A stretch of 64,000 nucleotides of DNA from positions 558,001-622,000 of the forward strand of contig NC_086109.1 in the NCBI RefSeq assembly GCF_963921235.1, written 5' to 3'. This document shows, piece by piece, positions 61,201 through 64,000 of the stretch (the stretch's first letter is position 1; each line of letters starts with the position of its first letter). The position numbers and the translations under genes were made by a program. Source of the DNA: Mobula hypostoma. Lineage: Eukaryota. The notes beneath the pieces are model-generated. The model worked only from the letters and a program-made list of their open reading frames with translations. It searched no databases and was not told where the DNA came from.

Positions 61201-64000
61201 TTCAGCGCAAGAGATTCAGGGCAGCAGTTTCAGCGCAGGAGTTTCCGGGCAGCAGTTTCAGGGCATGGGATTCAAGGCAGGAGTTTCAGGGCAGGAGTTG
61301 CAGGGCATGTGTTTCAGGTCACGAGATTCAAGGCAGGAGTTTCAGGACTATTGTTTCAGAGCAGGAGTTTCACTTCAGGAGATTCAGTGCAGAAGTTTCA
61401 TGTCAGGAGTTTGAAGGCATGAGTTACAGGGCTGGAGATTCAGTGCAGGAGTTTCAGGGCAGGAGATTAAGGGCAGCATTTCAGTTCAGCATTTTCAGGG
61501 CAGGAGAATCAGGGCAGCAGTTTCAGGGTAGTTATTATAGGGCTATAGTTTCAGGGCAGGAGTTTCAGGGCAGCAGTTTCAGGGCATGAGATTCAGGGCA
61601 GGAGTTTCAGGTCATGAGATTCAGGGCAGGAGTTTCAGGGCATGAGATTCTGTGCAGGAGTTTCAGGGCAGTAGTGTCAGGGCTGTCGTTACAGGGCAGG
61701 TATTTCAGGGCAGGCGTTTCAGGGTATGAGATTCAGGGCAGGAGTTTCCGGGTAGTTGTTTTAGGGCTATAGATTCAGGGAAGGAGTTGTAGGGCAGGAG
61801 TTTCAGGGAAGGAGATTCAGGACAGGAGCTTCAGGGTCGTACTTTCAGGGAAAGAGTTTATCGGGCAGGAATTTCAGCGCAAGAGATTCAGGGCAGCAGT
61901 TTCAGCGCAGGAGTTTCCGGGCAGCAGTTTCAGGGCATGAGATTTAAGGCAGGAGTTTCAGGGCATGAGTTGCAGGGCATGTTTTTCAGGTCACGAGATT
62001 CAAGGCAGGAGTTTCAGGACTATAGTTTCAGAGCAGGAGTTTCACTTCAGGAGATTCAGTGTAGAAGTTTCATGTCCGGAGTTTGAAGGCATGAGTTACA
62101 GGGCTGGAGATTCAGGGCAGGAGTTTCAGGGCAGGAGATTAAGGGCAGCAGTTTCATGGCAGGAGATTCAGGGCAGCAGTTTCAGGGTAGCTGTTTCAGG
62201 GCTGTAGTTTCATGCAGGAGTTTCAGGGCAGCAGTTTCAGGTCATGAGATTCAGTGCAGGAGTTTCAGGGCAGTAATTTAAGGGCAGGAGTTTCAGGGCA
62301 GGATTTTCAGGGCAGGAGTTTCAGGGCAGTAGAGTCAGGGTTGTCGTTTCAGGGCAGGTGTTTCAAGGCAGGAGTTTCAGGGCATGAGATTCAGGGCAGG
62401 AGTTTCAGGGTAGATGTTTTAGGGCTATAGTTTCAGGGCAGGAGTTGTAGGGCAGGAGTTTCAGGAGAGCAGTTTCAGGGCATGAGATTCAAGGTGGGAG
62501 TTTCAGCGCGAGAGTGTCAGGGCAGCAATTTCAACGTAGGAGTTTCAGGGCAGGAGTTTCAGGGCAGGAGTTTCAAGGCAGGAATTTCAGGGCAGTAGTT
62601 TCAGGGCAGGAGATTCAGAGCAGGAGATTCAGGGCAGGAGTTTCCGGACAGGAGTTTCCGGGTAGCAGTTTCAGTGCAGCAGTTTCAGGGCACGACTTTC
62701 AGGGCAGGACTTTCAGGACAGGAGTTTGAAGACAGGAGTTTCAAGTCATGAGATTCATGGCAGGAGTTAAGGGCTGTAGTTTCAGGGCAGGAGTTTCAAA
62801 GACATGAGTTTCAGAGAAAGAGTTTCACATCAGGAGATTCAGTGTAGAAGTTTCTGTTCAGGAGTTTGAAGGCATGAATGTCAGGGCAGGCGATTCAGGG
62901 CAGGGGATTAAGGGCAGGAGATTAAGGGCATGAGATTCAATGGAGGAGTATCATGGCAGAAGTTTCAGGACAGGTGTTTTACGGCTTGAGTTTCAGGGCT
63001 TGACTTTCAGGGCTTGAGTTTCAGGGCAGGAGTTACAGGGCAGGAGTTTCAGGGCAGGAGATTCAGGGCAGGAGATTCAGGGCAGGAGTTTCAGGGCGGG
63101 AGATTCAGGGCAGGAGTTTCAGGGCTGGAGATTCAGGGCAGGAGATTCAGGGCAGGAGATTCAGGGCATGAGATTCAGGGCAGGAGTTTCAGGGCAGTGG
63201 TTTCAGTGCAGTAGTTTCAGGCCAGGAGCTTTCGGCCAGTATTTTCAGGACATGAGTTTCAGAGAAGGAGTTTCACGTCAGGAGATTCAGGGTAGAAGGT
63301 TCACGTCAGCACTTTGAAGGAATGAGTTTCAGGGCAGGAGATTCATGGCAAGAGTTTCAGGGCAGGAGATTCAGGGCAGCAGTTTCAGTGCAGGAGTTTC
63401 CGGGCAGCAGTTTCAGGGCATGAGATTCAAGGCAGGAGTTTCAGGGTATGAGTTGCAGGCCATGTGTTTCAGATCACGAGATTCAAGGCAGGAGTTTCAG
63501 GACTATAGTTTCAGGGCAGGAGTTTCAGGCCATGAGTTTCAGAGCAGGAGTTTCACGTCAGGAGATTCAGGGCAGATGTGACACGTCAGTAGTTTGAAGG
63601 CATGAGTTTTAGGGCAGAAGATTCAGGGCTGGAGTTTCAGGGAAGGACATTCAGGACAGGAGCTTCAAGGTCGTACTTTCAGGGAAAGAGTTTTTGGGTA
63701 GGAGTTTCAGCGCAAGAGATTCAGGGCAGCAGTTTCAGCGCAGGAGTTTCCGGGCAGTAGTTTCAGGGCATGAGATTCAAGGCAGGAGTTTCAGGGCATG
63801 TGTTTCAGGTCACGAGATTCAAGACAGGAGTTTCAGGACTATTGTTTCAGGGCAGGCATTTCAGGCCATGAGTTTCCGAGCAGGAGTTTCACTTCAGGAG
63901 ATTCAGTGCAGAAGTTTCATGTCAGGAGTTTGAAGGCATGAGTTACAGGGCTGGAGATTCAGGGCAGGAGTTTCAGGGCAGGAGATTAAGGGCAGTAGTT
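58225..64000. repeat. 3891-bp higher-order repeat, ~1.5 copies visible
   Basis: Pairs 58623/62514 and 59123/63014 (3891), then 59468/63345 (3877, one monomer fewer). Confidence 0.85.

Larger units (their letters stand above)
50701..64000. repeat. 14-bp satellite array, right arm (same family and orientation)
   Basis: Same monomer and variant cassettes. It resumes in register after the LINE (AGGTTAGTTATTATAGGGCTATAG) and runs off the right edge. Confidence 0.99.

Noticed and set aside
1..64000. Over 100 short + strand ORFs with RFRAG/VSG/EIQG peptides, resembling a repetitive protein gene
   Set aside because: A 14-bp unit cycles through all three frames every 42 bp. ORFs arise wherever CATGAG (TGA) monomers miss a frame, and ATG comes from the same variant. 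There is no frame preservation.
1..64000. CRISPR-like or RT-associated prokaryotic array (repeats flanking a reverse transcriptase)
   Set aside because: There are no unique spacers and no cas genes. The RT is a non-LTR EN-RT inserted with a TSD into a pre-existing satellite.
1..64000. Immunoglobulin switch-region-like G-rich repeat or CENP-B boxes
   Set aside because: AGCT motifs are sparse and no Ig exons are present. The TTCG instances I checked do not fit TTCGNNNNANNCGGG (not an exhaustive scan).

Overview
Eukaryotic (probably vertebrate) heterochromatin-type DNA with no host gene, RNA gene or CRISPR array. About 94% of the window is a G-rich, strand-asymmetric 14-bp tandem satellite (consensus CAGGGCA[G/T]GAG[T/A]TT). 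It has a homogeneous 'A-type' domain at the start and a diverged 'B-type' domain built from nested higher-order repeats (offsets 504/518, 784, 988, 1382, 1747, ~3.1 kb, 3891, 4501, 6103, 6784, 7119 bp). All short + strand ORFs in the satellite are by-products of the 14-bp period. The array is interrupted once, at 46963-50700 (minus strand), by a 5'-truncated CR1-clade LINE. It has a 7-bp target-site duplication (AGGTTAG), a (TTTCTATG)n tail, a structured 3'UTR, an uninterrupted APE-endonuclease/reverse-transcriptase ORF2 and a truncated, frameshifted SGNH-esterase ORF1. The most notable signal is the ORF1/ORF2 junction. ORF2 has no AUG until codon 202 and lies in the -1 frame. The 16-nt overlap holds an in-phase U UUA AAC slippery heptamer directly before the ORF1 stop, followed 6 nt later by a G-tract. 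This suggests a -1 programmed ribosomal frameshift giving an esterase-EN-RT fusion protein (inference, untested).
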